A stretch of DNA of 64,000 nucleotides from Candidatus Bathyarchaeia archaeon (GTDB lineage: Archaea > Thermoproteota > Bathyarchaeia > Bathyarchaeales > Bathycorpusculaceae), in assembly GCA_049970895.1 (NCBI GenBank), contig JBMFMB010000002.1, positions 16,017 through 80,016 of the forward strand. The letters run 5' to 3'. Positions 20,580 to 31,004 of the stretch are shown here, in pieces (within the stretch, counting starts at the first letter, position 1; every line of letters begins with the position of its first letter). Position numbers and translations under genes: made by a program. The notes beneath the pieces were generated by a model. It searched no databases. It had not been told where the DNA came from and saw only the letters and a program-made list of their open reading frames with translations.

Positions 20580-20990
20580 TTAAGGAGTTGGTTTTCTCCA
20601 TTCCCTCATCAATAGTTCGTATAGTTCGTCGTGCTCCTCTATCTTCTCGTACCATTCTAGAATGTTAGCTATTTTCTGAGCTATCAAGTGGTAGCATAGG
20701 TGAATTTTTCTGTCTAGCACTCGGAAGTAGAAGTCGTCGCATGTGCAGAACTCCGCATCTGGCATTATTAGGTAGTCGCGTTCTTTGCCAACAACCACCC
20801 AGACAACCCTACCGCTTGGCTTGAAAGTGTACTTTTTCACCCTGTTCTCCTTTAAGGCTTCAAAAGCCTTTGTAAAACGCTGCCCAAAAACCTCATAAAG
20901 CCTAGTAAGGTTTTTGCCAGTCAGTTTGCCCTCTGCCTTAACCTCTTTACATATGGCATTTAGAATATCACTTTCGGAGGCCTCGCTCAT
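20580..20990 (-). CDS. SWIM zinc-finger protein
   Basis: FCTCDDFYFR...CYHL (CxC...CxH). Confidence 0.8.
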   Translation of the reverse strand: MSEASESDILNAICKEVKAEGKLTGKNLTRLYEVFGQRFTKAFEALKENRVKKYTFKPSGRVVWVVVGKERDYLIMPDAEFCTCDDFYFRVLDRKIHLCYHLIAQKIANILEWYEKIEEHDELYELLMREWRKPTP

Positions 20991-21033
20991 AGAAGCACAG
21001 GCTTGAAATCCTATTGTAGTGTTTGCTAGCTTT

Positions 21034-21630
21034 TTATTCGATTTTTATTGGCTCGCCTTTGGGCTTCTTTTCTTCCTTTATCTTTGGAAGCTTAACCTCT
21101 AGAACCCCGTTTTTGTATTGAGTTTTGGCTTCTTTTATATTGACTTTGGCTGGGAGTGTCAACTCCTTGTAGTATTTCCGCTGGGGAGTGTCAACGCTTA
21201 TGGTTAGTGTATCTTCCGTGCCGTGAAGCTTGATATCCTCCTTCTCAACGCCTGGAAGCTCAGCCACAACATGAATTTCATTATCTGTCTCAACAATGTC
21301 CACCAGTGGTTCACGTTCCTCCTTAACTTTCGGTCCAAGACGGGTTGGTTTAACATTTCCAAACTCACGGATCTCAGGCTTGCCATCCGGCCCAATCTTT
21401 ATACTATAGCCATAGACGAAGGGTCCCCACTCCCTTATTGTTGTACCATCTGGTAATTTGCGTTCCCTAACATAGTCTCTCGGAATCCTCGATGTAAACT
21501 CTTTAAATTCTTCCTCCATCCACCTTTCCATTTCACGGAACACGCGATCAACGTCCTCGAAGAACCAGCCTCCGAAGAATGGGAAGCGTCTCCTCCTAAA
21601 CCATTCTGGAAAATCCTCTTCAGAAGGCAT
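21034..21630 (-). CDS. hsp20: Archaeal small heat shock protein Hsp20
   Basis: GPFVYGYS, IREFGNV, REPLVD, VAELPGVEKEDI, YKNGVLEV, C-terminal IKIE. Confidence 0.95.
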   Translation of the reverse strand: MPSEEDFPEWFRRRRFPFFGGWFFEDVDRVFREMERWMEEEFKEFTSRIPRDYVRERKLPDGTTIREWGPFVYGYSIKIGPDGKPEIREFGNVKPTRLGPKVKEEREPLVDIVETDNEIHVVAELPGVEKEDIKLHGTEDTLTISVDTPQRKYYKELTLPAKVNIKEAKTQYKNGVLEVKLPKIKEEKKPKGEPIKIE

Positions 21631-21670
21631 TTTCCCACCTAGTTAGTGTGGAAAACTTCAATCTATAAAA
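21631..21670 (-). promoter_or_regulatory. hsp20 TATA box followed by an imperfect inverted repeat covering the RBS
   Basis: Minus strand TTTTATAG (21670-21663), then TTTTCCAC-N9-GTGGGAAA directly before the ATG. Confidence 0.45.
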
Positions 21671-21678
21671 TCTTTGCG

Positions 21679-22524
21679 CTATTCAAGAATTCTAAGCTGG
21701 CTTAAAGCTCCAAGAAATGTTCCATCTAAAAGGTAGATTTCAGCATTTTCCATGTCAACAGCCTTTGTTCTCAAAATTGGTCCAACAATCTTTTCGCCTT
21801 TTGCCTCTTCACCAGAATTTTTCTCGTTTAATGGTTTTCCTCCCAAATACTCATTAAAGGAAGGCATGATGAAAAGCTGTGAAGTTTTGGGTTTAACTCC
21901 ATAATGTTTAAGCAAAGTTTGCTGTGGGCTGCCTTCAACCTTTATTCTATTCTTTTCCAACAGAATCTTCGTGAGATGCTCCTTGTCACAGTTCGCTTTA
22001 ACCCAAACCTGCCTCGTTATCCTAAACCCGGCTGGGTCGCGGAATGCCACAACCGGGTGGACATGCCCCATAACAATGGTTTTACATTTTAGAAGCGCAG
22101 GTGATGGCCAACGGTGACCGTGGAAAAACCCTACATCCCCCACAATAGTTCCGGATGACGGGAGGGTTTTTATGCCCTCTGGAAGCAACGGGTCTAGGTT
22201 TCCGTCATGGTTTCCCCGGATTACTTGTATTTCTTTGACGAGTGGTTTTAGTTCTGTGAAGAAGTCTGGGACGTCGTGCCACTCGCTTATTTCCGCTGCT
22301 GCCACAGTGTGTTTGACGTCGCCTATTATTAGGAGTTTTTCAGGCCTGTATAGGTTTATGAGCATCTTCAGTTTTTGTAGAAGTTTTGGCATCTGTGTTG
22401 GAACGTGTATGCCCTTTCCTGACAGGGCTATCTCCCACCCTATGTGCAAGTCCGCCACAACCAGAACTCTTGTTTCCCTTGTTTTTACGAGAGCTGCTGG
22501 ATGGGGCATTAAGGGAGTTATCAT
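21679..22524 (-). CDS. Calcineurin-like metallophosphoesterase
   Basis: ADLHIG, GDVKH, GNHD, FHGH, GHVHP. Confidence 0.9.
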   Translation of the reverse strand: MITPLMPHPAALVKTRETRVLVVADLHIGWEIALSGKGIHVPTQMPKLLQKLKMLINLYRPEKLLIIGDVKHTVAAAEISEWHDVPDFFTELKPLVKEIQVIRGNHDGNLDPLLPEGIKTLPSSGTIVGDVGFFHGHRWPSPALLKCKTIVMGHVHPVVAFRDPAGFRITRQVWVKANCDKEHLTKILLEKNRIKVEGSPQQTLLKHYGVKPKTSQLFIMPSFNEYLGGKPLNEKNSGEEAKGEKIVGPILRTKAVDMENAEIYLLDGTFLGALSQLRILE

Positions 22525-23366
22525 TTGCTCCGCTTCAACCTTTTCCCTATCAGGCTTAGAATCTTTTTATGAATCCCAGGGTTGGCCGACGCCACAAAAG
22601 TTAGCCTCTCCATAGGGTCTAATTTGGCATTTAGGGGTTCCCCATCGGGTGTTGTGATTATTGCTCCAGCCTCCTTTATTATTAGCCAAGCAGCCGCGGT
22701 GTCTGTTGCTCTAAGCTTTCCGCGGATGTCGATAAAGGCGTCTGTCGTCCCGTCAGCCACGTAGCACAGTTCCAGCGCGTTTGCTCCTAGGTGGCGTATA
22801 TGCTTTGTTTTTTCAATTAGGCTTGTTAGGTGTGGGGCAATTTCACGAGCCTTGTAGGTGTTTAGGTCTATGCCTATCACCGCATCTTCCAAGTCTGTCT
22901 GTTTTGAGGGAACAATTTTCTTATCGTTACAGTGCGCTCCTCTGCCTTTTTCCGCCGTGTATGTTGTGCCGTGGGAGAGGTCTGCCACAATTGCTGTGTG
23001 AACAGTGTTTAGTTCTGGTTTTGTGGAAACAGCTATGGATGTTGCGTAGAAGGGTATCCCCCTTGTTAGGTTTGTAGTTCCGTCTATGGGGTCTGCTGTC
23101 ACATAGTTTTCCTTGGGGTTTTTGCCGTACTCCCTTATACCGGATTCCTCGCTTATCAACGTGAAGGATATGTCTTGCCCAACAATGGTTTCCACTATGG
23201 CTTTTTCCGCCGCCATATCGATTTGCTTTATTGGGTCGCCGCCGGCCCCTATGCCAAGATTTGGCTGCTGTTGTCTGCGGGCAGTTTCCAGAAAGGGGGC
23301 TATATGCTCTTTCACGTTATCTCTGCACCGGATTAGTATTGGCAGCCAGTCGATTTTCCTTTCCAT
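22521..23366 (-). CDS. suhB: Inositol monophosphatase / FBPase (SuhB-type)
   Basis: SEESG, DPIDGTTN, RHLGANALELCYVA, TDTAAAWLIIKEAG. Confidence 0.9.
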   Translation of the reverse strand: MERKIDWLPILIRCRDNVKEHIAPFLETARRQQQPNLGIGAGGDPIKQIDMAAEKAIVETIVGQDISFTLISEESGIREYGKNPKENYVTADPIDGTTNLTRGIPFYATSIAVSTKPELNTVHTAIVADLSHGTTYTAEKGRGAHCNDKKIVPSKQTDLEDAVIGIDLNTYKAREIAPHLTSLIEKTKHIRHLGANALELCYVADGTTDAFIDIRGKLRATDTAAAWLIIKEAGAIITTPDGEPLNAKLDPMERLTFVASANPGIHKKILSLIGKRLKRSK

Positions 23367-23518
23367 TTTTCTCCGTTTTTATTACAGTTTTCGTTTGATA
23401 AAGACTTTGCTAGGATGCGGAAATCAGGAAGTTTAACATGGAATTAGTATGGGTGGTTGGGCAAAAAATATATGAAAACAGATGGGTAACACAATTCAAA
23501 ACTGGTTTAAGGGAGAGA

Positions 23519-24313
23519 ATGTGCTTGGACATTATTGTTTGTGTTAAGCATGTTCCGGAAACAGCAGAAGCAGAACTCAAAATTGACGTGACTGGAAAGG
23601 GCATAGAAAAGGCTGGTTTAGTCTTCGACATAAACGAGTGGGACGACTACGCCTTGGAAGAGGCTGTTCGCATAAAAGAGAAGTTCGGCGGAACAGTAAC
23701 AGCCATAACAGTTGGACCAGAAGACTCTGAAAGCACACTGCGGAAATGTCTAGCCCGCGGCGCTGATAAGGCTATACGTCTAACAGACCCAAAGTTTGCC
23801 GGCTCAGACGCCTATGCAACTGCAAAAATCCTTCATAGCGTAATTAGAAACCTTCACTTCGACCTAGTATTAACGGGGGCTCAGGCTGGCGACGATGGAA
23901 GCGCTGTTGTCGGGCCCGTCTTGGCTGAATTGCTTGGGATTCCACACGCTACTATGGTTAAGAAAATCGAGTTCAGCGACGGAAAAGCTATAGTCAACCG
24001 CGAGCTTGAGGGCGGCTTGGAAGAACGCCTAGAAGTTAAGTTGCCAGCACTTTTCGCTGTTCAAACGGGCATTAATGAGCCGCGTTATGTCTCCATAATG
24101 GGTATTCGCAAGGCTATGCAGAAAGAGGTCAAGGTTATGGGGTTGGCGGACATAGGCTTAACTGAAAACGATGTGGGTGAGGCTGGTTCATGGCTGAGGA
24201 TAGAGAAGCTTTACGTCCCGCCGGTTGAGAAGCAAGCAGAATTCCTCAAGGGAAGCCCAGACGAAATAGCCACAAAAATTGTTGAAATCTTAAAGTCTAG
24301 GGGGCTGATTTAG
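23519..24313 (+). CDS. etfB: Electron transfer flavoprotein beta subunit
   Basis: CVKHVPE, DDYALEEA, GAQAGDD, INEPRY; start reassigned to ATG 23519. Confidence 0.95.
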   Translation: MCLDIIVCVKHVPETAEAELKIDVTGKGIEKAGLVFDINEWDDYALEEAVRIKEKFGGTVTAITVGPEDSESTLRKCLARGADKAIRLTDPKFAGSDAYATAKILHSVIRNLHFDLVLTGAQAGDDGSAVVGPVLAELLGIPHATMVKKIEFSDGKAIVNRELEGGLEERLEVKLPALFAVQTGINEPRYVSIMGIRKAMQKEVKVMGLADIGLTENDVGEAGSWLRIEKLYVPPVEKQAEFLKGSPDEIATKIVEILKSRGLI

Positions 24314-25303
24314 ATGACCGAAATTTTTGTTTTAGCTGAGCATAGGCAAGGACAATTAAGAGACATAACCTTTGAAATGTTGACAAAAGCCAGAGAGCTA
24401 GCCGAAAAAACAAATGCGGAACCGGTGGCAGTTATTTTAGGCAAAGATGTTAGGGAACACGCAAAAAACTTGGCTGAGCATGCCAAAAAAGTTCTGTTGG
24501 TTGAGGATGCTAAGCTTGAGAACTTTAATTCAGAAGCCTACCAAAGGGTTCTTTCCCACCTAATTAAGGAGCATAAGCCCATTCTGACGATTATTGGGCA
24601 CACGTCCTATGGGGTTGAGCTTGCCCCAAGGTTGGCGGCATCCCTAAACATTCCATTGGCAACGGACTGCATAGACTTGGCTTTTGAAGGCGACACATTA
24701 ACAATTACAAGGCAGATGTATGGCGGGAAAGTGAACGCTAGGGCGACGCTTCGCCATGCTGAAAGTTACATGGTTACAGTCCGCCAAGCAGCCTTCCAAG
24801 CCCAAAAGCCGCCCACACCATTAAACGGGCAAATAGTTGAGGTTCCATCACCCCTAACAGAAGAGATAACGACAAAAAGGTTCTTGGAATACGTTTTACC
24901 ACCGCCTGGAGGTGTTGACATTACAGCGGCAGATGTGCTTGTGGGGATTGGAAGGGGCATAAAAGACCAGAGCAACATACCGATGGTTGAAGAGTTGGCG
25001 AAGATGCTTGGCGGAGTATTAGCGTGTTCTCGTCCAATTGTGGATAAGGGTTGGCTTCCAAGCGACAGGCAAGTGGGGACTTCTGGAAAAACTGTTAAGC
25101 CAAAGCTTTACATAGCCCTCGGCATAAGCGGCGCCTTCCAACACGTTTTAGGAATGAAAAACTCCGACCTAATAATAGCCGTGAACAAAGACCCAAAGGC
25201 TCCAATATTCAGTTTTTCAGATTACGGCGTTGTTGAAGACATGTTCAAGGTTGTGCCAGTGCTGAAGAACAAGATTAGCGAGTTAAAGGCTCAAAAGGCG
25301 TAA
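24314..25303 (+). CDS. etfA: Electron transfer flavoprotein alpha subunit
   Basis: GIGRG, SRPIVD, QVGTSGKTV, GISGAFQH, NKDPKAPIF. Confidence 0.96.
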   Translation: MTEIFVLAEHRQGQLRDITFEMLTKARELAEKTNAEPVAVILGKDVREHAKNLAEHAKKVLLVEDAKLENFNSEAYQRVLSHLIKEHKPILTIIGHTSYGVELAPRLAASLNIPLATDCIDLAFEGDTLTITRQMYGGKVNARATLRHAESYMVTVRQAAFQAQKPPTPLNGQIVEVPSPLTEEITTKRFLEYVLPPPGGVDITAADVLVGIGRGIKDQSNIPMVEELAKMLGGVLACSRPIVDKGWLPSDRQVGTSGKTVKPKLYIALGISGAFQHVLGMKNSDLIIAVNKDPKAPIFSFSDYGVVEDMFKVVPVLKNKISELKAQKA

Positions 25304-25332
25304 AACCCATTTTTATCAGTGGAGGAGTTTAC

Positions 25333-26481
25333 ATGCAATTTAAGCTGACCGAGGAGCAGATGGAGATTAAGCGGGCTGCCCGCGAGTTTGCAGAAAAGGA
25401 GTTCACACCAGAACTAGCCCTAAAATACGATCAGAAAGAGGAGTTTCCAATGGAGCTTTACAGGAAAGCCGCCAAAATGGGCTTTACAAGCATGCGCATA
25501 CCCCAAGAATATGATGGGCAAGGCTATGGCGTATTAGAAGAATGCCTAGTCGTTGAAGAATTCTGCCGTGTTGACCCAGGGTTGGGGGTGGCTGTTTCCC
25601 TTGGAAACTTAATGGTTCCAGATGTCTTGCTAAGGCATGGCACGGAAGAGCAGAAGGAAAAGTATATTCCGCCACTGGCTAGGGGCGATAAGGTTGCTGC
25701 GGCAGCCTTCACTGAGCCGGAACATGGAAGCGACATAACTAAATTGGACACGACAGCCGTTAAAGTTGGCGACGAGTGGGTGATTAATGGTTCTAAACAG
25801 TTTATAACCAACGCCCCAATAGCCGACACCTTCATAATCCTATGTCAAACAGACCCAAACGCAGTGCCACCCCACCGTGGACAAAGCCTCTTCTTGGCAG
25901 AGAAGGGCATGCCCGGCTTAGAGGCGACAAAGCTTCATGGCAAGATGGGTATAAGACCATGTGTCACAGGCTCTCTGGCTTTAAGCGATCTCCGCATACC
26001 AGCAAATAACCTTGTAGGCGAACTGAATAGGGGCTTCTATTACGCCCTTGAACTTTTTGATGGAACCCGCATAACAGTGGCAGCCCAAGCCGTCGGCATA
26101 GCCCAAGGAGCCTTTGAAAAAGCCCTAAACTATGCTAAGACCCGCAAACAGTTCGGCCAGCCAATAATCAATTTTCAAGGCGTCTCCTTCAAGTTGGCTG
26201 ATATGGCTATGAAAATTGAGGCTGCACGGTTGCTCACTTATAGGGCGGCTTGGATATACGACCATGAAAAACCAAGTCCAGCTGCGACTTCGATGGCTAA
26301 AGCTTATGCAAGCCGCGTAGCCATGGAAGTTACGGACGAAGCCATCCAAATATTCGGCGGGTATGGCTATTTGGCAGATTATCATGTGGAACGCTTCCAT
26401 AGATGTGCAAAAATAACTGAAATCTATGAGGGAACAAGTGAAATTCAAAAATTGACTATCGTCAACTTTTTAACAAAGTAG
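25333..26481 (+). CDS. Acyl-CoA dehydrogenase
   Basis: FTEPEHGSD, NGSKQFITN, KMG, RKQFG, GGYGY, IYEGTSEIQ. Confidence 0.96.
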   Translation: MQFKLTEEQMEIKRAAREFAEKEFTPELALKYDQKEEFPMELYRKAAKMGFTSMRIPQEYDGQGYGVLEECLVVEEFCRVDPGLGVAVSLGNLMVPDVLLRHGTEEQKEKYIPPLARGDKVAAAAFTEPEHGSDITKLDTTAVKVGDEWVINGSKQFITNAPIADTFIILCQTDPNAVPPHRGQSLFLAEKGMPGLEATKLHGKMGIRPCVTGSLALSDLRIPANNLVGELNRGFYYALELFDGTRITVAAQAVGIAQGAFEKALNYAKTRKQFGQPIINFQGVSFKLADMAMKIEAARLLTYRAAWIYDHEKPSPAATSMAKAYASRVAMEVTDEAIQIFGGYGYLADYHVERFHRCAKITEIYEGTSEIQKLTIVNFLTK

Positions 26482-26583
26482 GCCGATTCTCCCCTTATTT
26501 TTCCTTGTCTCGCTGCAAAGTCTAAAAAGTTTTATTAGGAATGTTGTCTACTCGTTTCTATTCTATATTGGGAGAGGTTTTGT

Positions 26584-27768
26584 TTGGCTGGAAAATTGAA
26601 GAAAGTTGCTGTGATTGGTTCTGGGGCAATGGGGCATGGAATAACGCAGCTTCTGGCAATGAGCGGCATAGAAGTGGCAATGGTGGACATCAGCGACGAA
26701 TTTCTGCAAAAGGGTATAGAGAAGATCAAATGGAGCCTCGGAAAGTTTGTCGAAAAGAAGAGGATAAGACAGGAAGATGCGGATGCTGCACTTTCAAGGA
26801 TAAAGACAACAACAAGCTATGAGGAGGCAGCCAAAGACATAGACCTAGCCATTGAAGCGGTTCCAGAAAACATGGAACTCAAAAAGCAGGTTTTTGCAAA
26901 ACTTGACAGCATAGCACCTCCACACGCGATTCTAGCTTCTAACACCTCAACCTTAAGCATAACTGAAATGGGAAACGCCACAAAACGTCCAGAAAAAGTG
27001 GCTGGAATGCACTTTTTCAACCCGCCGCAAATGATGGCTCTAGTGGAGGTCATTAAGGGCGAAAAGACAAGCCAAGAAACAATAGACACCCTGGTGGAAT
27101 TGGCCAAAAGACTTGGAAAAACTCCGGTGATTGTTAAAAAGGATGTGCGGGGCTTTATAGTCAACCGCGTTCTTGGTGTAGTTTTCAATGAGGCTTTCTG
27201 GGCATACCATCGTGGCGAAGCCACAAAAGAAGGCATAGACGCCTCAGTCAAATACAGCGGCGGTTTCCCAATGGGATGGTTTGAACTGGCAGACTTTGTT
27301 GGACTCGACATAGCCTACGAAGTTGGAAAAATCCTTTATGAGGCGTATGGCGAACGCTTCAAGCCATGCGCAGAAGTCATAGAACCTCTTGTCAAAGAGA
27401 AGAAGCTTGGACAGAAAACCGGCGTGGGCTTCTACGACTGGACTAAGGGGAGACCAAGAATACCCTTCAACCTTATGGAGGAGTACGACGTTGAAAGGTC
27501 TTGGGCCGTAGCAGTAAACGAAGCTGCATGGCTAATACATGAAGGCGCGGCAAGCCCAGCGGACATAGACACTGGAATGAAGCTTGGCACATATTGGCCT
27601 TCTGGACCATGCGAGTATGCGGATAGAACCGGCATAGACGTCATCGTCAACAAATTGAAGGAGCTCTACGCCAAATACAACATGGAAATGTATAAGCCAT
27701 GCCCACTATTAGAAGAGTATGTCAGCAAGGGCTGGCTTGGAAAGAAAACTGGAAGGGGGTTCTACTAA
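26584..27768 (+). CDS. 3-hydroxyacyl-CoA dehydrogenase (two C-terminal domains)
   Basis: GSGAMGHG, EAVPE, SNTS, GMHFFNP, GFIVNR, GQKTGVGFY and GKKTGRGFY. Confidence 0.95.
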   Translation: MAGKLKKVAVIGSGAMGHGITQLLAMSGIEVAMVDISDEFLQKGIEKIKWSLGKFVEKKRIRQEDADAALSRIKTTTSYEEAAKDIDLAIEAVPENMELKKQVFAKLDSIAPPHAILASNTSTLSITEMGNATKRPEKVAGMHFFNPPQMMALVEVIKGEKTSQETIDTLVELAKRLGKTPVIVKKDVRGFIVNRVLGVVFNEAFWAYHRGEATKEGIDASVKYSGGFPMGWFELADFVGLDIAYEVGKILYEAYGERFKPCAEVIEPLVKEKKLGQKTGVGFYDWTKGRPRIPFNLMEEYDVERSWAVAVNEAAWLIHEGAASPADIDTGMKLGTYWPSGPCEYADRTGIDVIVNKLKELYAKYNMEMYKPCPLLEEYVSKGWLGKKTGRGFY

Positions 27769-28923
27769 ATGAGGTTTGAATTGACGGAAGAGCAGATTGG
27801 AATAAAAAACGCCGTGCGAGAGTTCTGCGATAAAGAGTTCAAGCCAGAACTAGCCTTGGAACTTGACAGAAAAGAAGAGTTCCCCATGGAACTTTACAAG
27901 AAAGCCGCCAAACTGGGTTTTACAAGCATGTTCTTCCCGCAGGAGTATGGAGGCCAAGGCTATGGGCTCCTGGAAACATGTCTGGTAATTGAGGAAATGT
28001 GCAGGTCGGACTCTTCGCTTGGTGTGGCAGTTTCAAGCGGAAACTTTGGAAGCGAACTTATACTGGCTTATGGCAGTAAGGAGCAGAAGGAGAAGTATCT
28101 GCCGCCAATCTGCAGAGGCGATTTTATATCAGCGGCAGCCTTCACAGAACCGAACGTCAGCGGAAGCGACATAACCCGTATGGAGACTACAGCCACAAAA
28201 TATGGGAACGAGTGGTGGATTAATGGCACAAAAACCTTCATAACAAACGCCACAATAGCCGACTTCATCATCGTGTTGACGCAGACAGACACAAAGGTTA
28301 GACCAACCTATAGGGGCGAAACGCTTTTCGTTGTCGACAAGGGTACACCGGGGCTGGAAACAACGAAGCTCCACAACAAGATGGGGATAAGGTGTTCCGT
28401 AACTGGCGAGGTGCGTTTTGACAATGTTAAGGTTACGGACTGGAACATTGTAGGTGAACTGAATAGGGGCTTCTACCATTCCATGGAGTTCTTTGACAAG
28501 ACAAGGGTTGGTGTGGCAGCCCAAGCCGTTGGCATGGCTCAAGGCGCATGGGAAATAGCCTTCAAATACTCAAAGCAGAGGGAAGCCTTTGGACAGCCAA
28601 TAATCCAGCATGAAGCCATAGGCTGCACCTTGGCGGAATTGGCTACAAAAATAGAGGCTGCAAGACTCCTAACCTATAAGGCTGCATGGCTCATAGATGT
28701 TGGGAAAATGGATCCGATGGCAACAGCCATGGCAAAACAGTACGCAAGCCGCGTGGCAATGGAAGCCACAGACTTCGCCATCCAAACATTGGGCGGGTAT
28801 GGCTACTTGGGCGAGTACCGAGTTGAAAGATACCACAGAGACGCAAAAATAACCGAGATTTACGAGGGCACAAGCGAAATTCAAAAGCTGACAGTGTTGA
28901 AGTATCTGCTAAGAAAGTTCTAA
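27769..28923 (+). CDS. Acyl-CoA dehydrogenase, paralog of 25333-26481
   Basis: FTEPNVSGSD, NGTKTFITN, REAFG, GGYGY, IYEGTSEIQ. Confidence 0.96.
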   Translation: MRFELTEEQIGIKNAVREFCDKEFKPELALELDRKEEFPMELYKKAAKLGFTSMFFPQEYGGQGYGLLETCLVIEEMCRSDSSLGVAVSSGNFGSELILAYGSKEQKEKYLPPICRGDFISAAAFTEPNVSGSDITRMETTATKYGNEWWINGTKTFITNATIADFIIVLTQTDTKVRPTYRGETLFVVDKGTPGLETTKLHNKMGIRCSVTGEVRFDNVKVTDWNIVGELNRGFYHSMEFFDKTRVGVAAQAVGMAQGAWEIAFKYSKQREAFGQPIIQHEAIGCTLAELATKIEAARLLTYKAAWLIDVGKMDPMATAMAKQYASRVAMEATDFAIQTLGGYGYLGEYRVERYHRDAKITEIYEGTSEIQKLTVLKYLLRKF

Positions 28924-28974
28924 ATCTCCCAAAAGTAATATAGGCTATTCCACAAAACATGGTTTGGTGAAATT

Positions 28975-29763
28975 ATGAGCAAGGCGTATGAAACCATAAA
29001 AATTGAGAGGGAAGACAGCGTCTTATGGATAATCCTAAATAGGCCGCATAGGCTTAACGCCTTCAACGACGTCTTAATGGAGGAGCTTGCAGACGCCCTA
29101 GACACGGCTGAAAAGGACCCCTCAGTAAGATGTGTGGTGGTAACTGGCGAAGGTGACAGATCCTTCAGCGCAGGCGCAGATGTTACAATGTTTCCAAAGG
29201 CTACGCCCGTTAAGGCTGAGGAGTTCTCTAGGCTTGGGCAGAAGGTTTTCAGCAAAATAGAGGAGATGTCAAAACCAGTTATAGCGGCAATTAACGGCTT
29301 CGCCTTAGGCGGAGGTTTAGAACTGGCGCTGGCTTGTGACTTTAGAATAGCCGCAGAGCACGCGGAGCTTGGAAGCCCAGAAATAAACTTGGGTCTCATA
29401 CCCGGGTGGGGTGGGACTCAAAGGCTTGTGAGGATTGTTGGCTTGGCAAAGGCTAAGGAGATGGTTATGCTTGGAACACGGCTTAAGGCTGAAGAAGCCT
29501 TGAAAATAGGCTTAGTCCACAAGGTTGTGCATTACGAGAAGCTTAGAGACGAGGTTCGCGATCTGGCCAAAAAACTAAGCGAGGGACCACCAATAGCGCT
29601 GAAGTATGCGAAGTTCGCCATAAACTTTGGAACACAAGTACCATTAGAGGCTGGTCTACGCATTGAGTCTGGGCTTATGGCTTTAACCTTCTCCACAGAA
29701 GACTTAAAAGAGGGCGTAGAAGCCTTCATGTCAAGACGGAAAGCCGAATTCAAAGGAAAGTAA
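28975..29763 (+). CDS. Enoyl-CoA hydratase (crotonase)
   Basis: LNRP, FSAGAD, GGGLELALACDFR, PEINLGLIPGWGGTQRL. Confidence 0.96.
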   Translation: MSKAYETIKIEREDSVLWIILNRPHRLNAFNDVLMEELADALDTAEKDPSVRCVVVTGEGDRSFSAGADVTMFPKATPVKAEEFSRLGQKVFSKIEEMSKPVIAAINGFALGGGLELALACDFRIAAEHAELGSPEINLGLIPGWGGTQRLVRIVGLAKAKEMVMLGTRLKAEEALKIGLVHKVVHYEKLRDEVRDLAKKLSEGPPIALKYAKFAINFGTQVPLEAGLRIESGLMALTFSTEDLKEGVEAFMSRRKAEFKGK

Positions 29764-29826
29764 CATACCCCACCACCTCCCATATTTTTAATTGTTCAAT
29801 TTGATGTCTGATGGAAGAGTGGTGAA

Positions 29827-30999
29827 ATGAGGAAAGTTGCAGTCATAGGAGTTGGAAGCTCAAAGTTTGGCGTCAGGAACGATGTTAATGTTGCTGAACT
29901 CGCCTTTGAAGCTTTTAAGCCGTCTGTCGAGGACGCCGGAATAACGCCGAAAGACATAGAATTTGTTGCTGTTGGCTCAACGGGAGCCGGGGCATGGTAT
30001 GAAGAACTTCTCCCAGCCGTTGTCTCAGCCGAATATTGTGGCTTAACTGGGGCTGGGCTTGTGCGCTGTGAAGCCGCATGTGCAAGTGGAAGTGCAGCCT
30101 TCGCAACAGCTTATTGGGCTGTGGCAAGCGGGCAAGTCAAGATTGCGGCGGCTTTGGGTGTTGAGAAGATGCGGGAAATTGACACTCCAACCATGATGGA
30201 GTGGATTGGAAGAGCTGGATACTACCTCTGGGAGTTCCACAATTTCGGCTTAACCTTCCCAGCTTACTACGCCTTGTATGCAACAGCCCACATGGCTAAG
30301 TTTGGCACCACAGAGGAAGACTTGGCACTGGTTGCCGTTAAAAATCACAAGTACGCCTCAATGAACCCGATAGCGCATCTCCAAAACAGAATAACGGTTG
30401 ACGACGTGCTGTCTTCCATGGTCATTGCTGCACCCTTAAAACTCTTTGACTGTTGCCCAATATCCGACGGAGCAGCCTCGGTAATCTTAGCCTCCGAAGA
30501 CAAAGTTAAAGAACTTAAGGTTGACACTCCAGTCTGGGTTGCCGGGGTAGGATACGCCTCTGGAACAGCCAATATGAGCAAAAGGCTCGACTACGTTGGA
30601 TTAGAAGCCAGCGTGGCAGCAGCCCAAAAAGCCTACAAAATGGCGAATGTGACACCAGAACAGCTTGACGTCGCAGTGGTCCACGACTGCTTCACAATAG
30701 CCGAAATAATGGCATACGAAGATTTGGGCTTCTGCAAAAAGGGCGAAGGAGCCAAACTAATAAGGGAGGGACAAACCGAAATCGGCGGAAAAATCCCAGT
30801 GAACGTTGACGGCGGTTTAAAAGCGAAGGGTCACCCCATCGGAACAACGGGCTGCTCAATGATATATGAGTTGACAAAACAGCTTAGGGAAGAGGCTGTT
30901 GAAAAGAGCAGACAAGCTCCCGTGAAAAATTACATAGCCCTAGCCCACAATGTGGGCGGAACTGGACATTACTGTTACGTGACAATTTTAAGGAGGTGA
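29827..30999 (+). CDS. Archaeal (SCP2-like) thiolase
   Basis: EAACASG, GVEKM, DCCPISDGA, HDCF, GGLKAKGHPIG, HNVGG. Confidence 0.95.
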   Translation: MRKVAVIGVGSSKFGVRNDVNVAELAFEAFKPSVEDAGITPKDIEFVAVGSTGAGAWYEELLPAVVSAEYCGLTGAGLVRCEAACASGSAAFATAYWAVASGQVKIAAALGVEKMREIDTPTMMEWIGRAGYYLWEFHNFGLTFPAYYALYATAHMAKFGTTEEDLALVAVKNHKYASMNPIAHLQNRITVDDVLSSMVIAAPLKLFDCCPISDGAASVILASEDKVKELKVDTPVWVAGVGYASGTANMSKRLDYVGLEASVAAAQKAYKMANVTPEQLDVAVVHDCFTIAEIMAYEDLGFCKKGEGAKLIREGQTEIGGKIPVNVDGGLKAKGHPIGTTGCSMIYELTKQLREEAVEKSRQAPVKNYIALAHNVGGTGHYCYVTILRR

Positions 31000-31004
31000 T
31001 AAAG

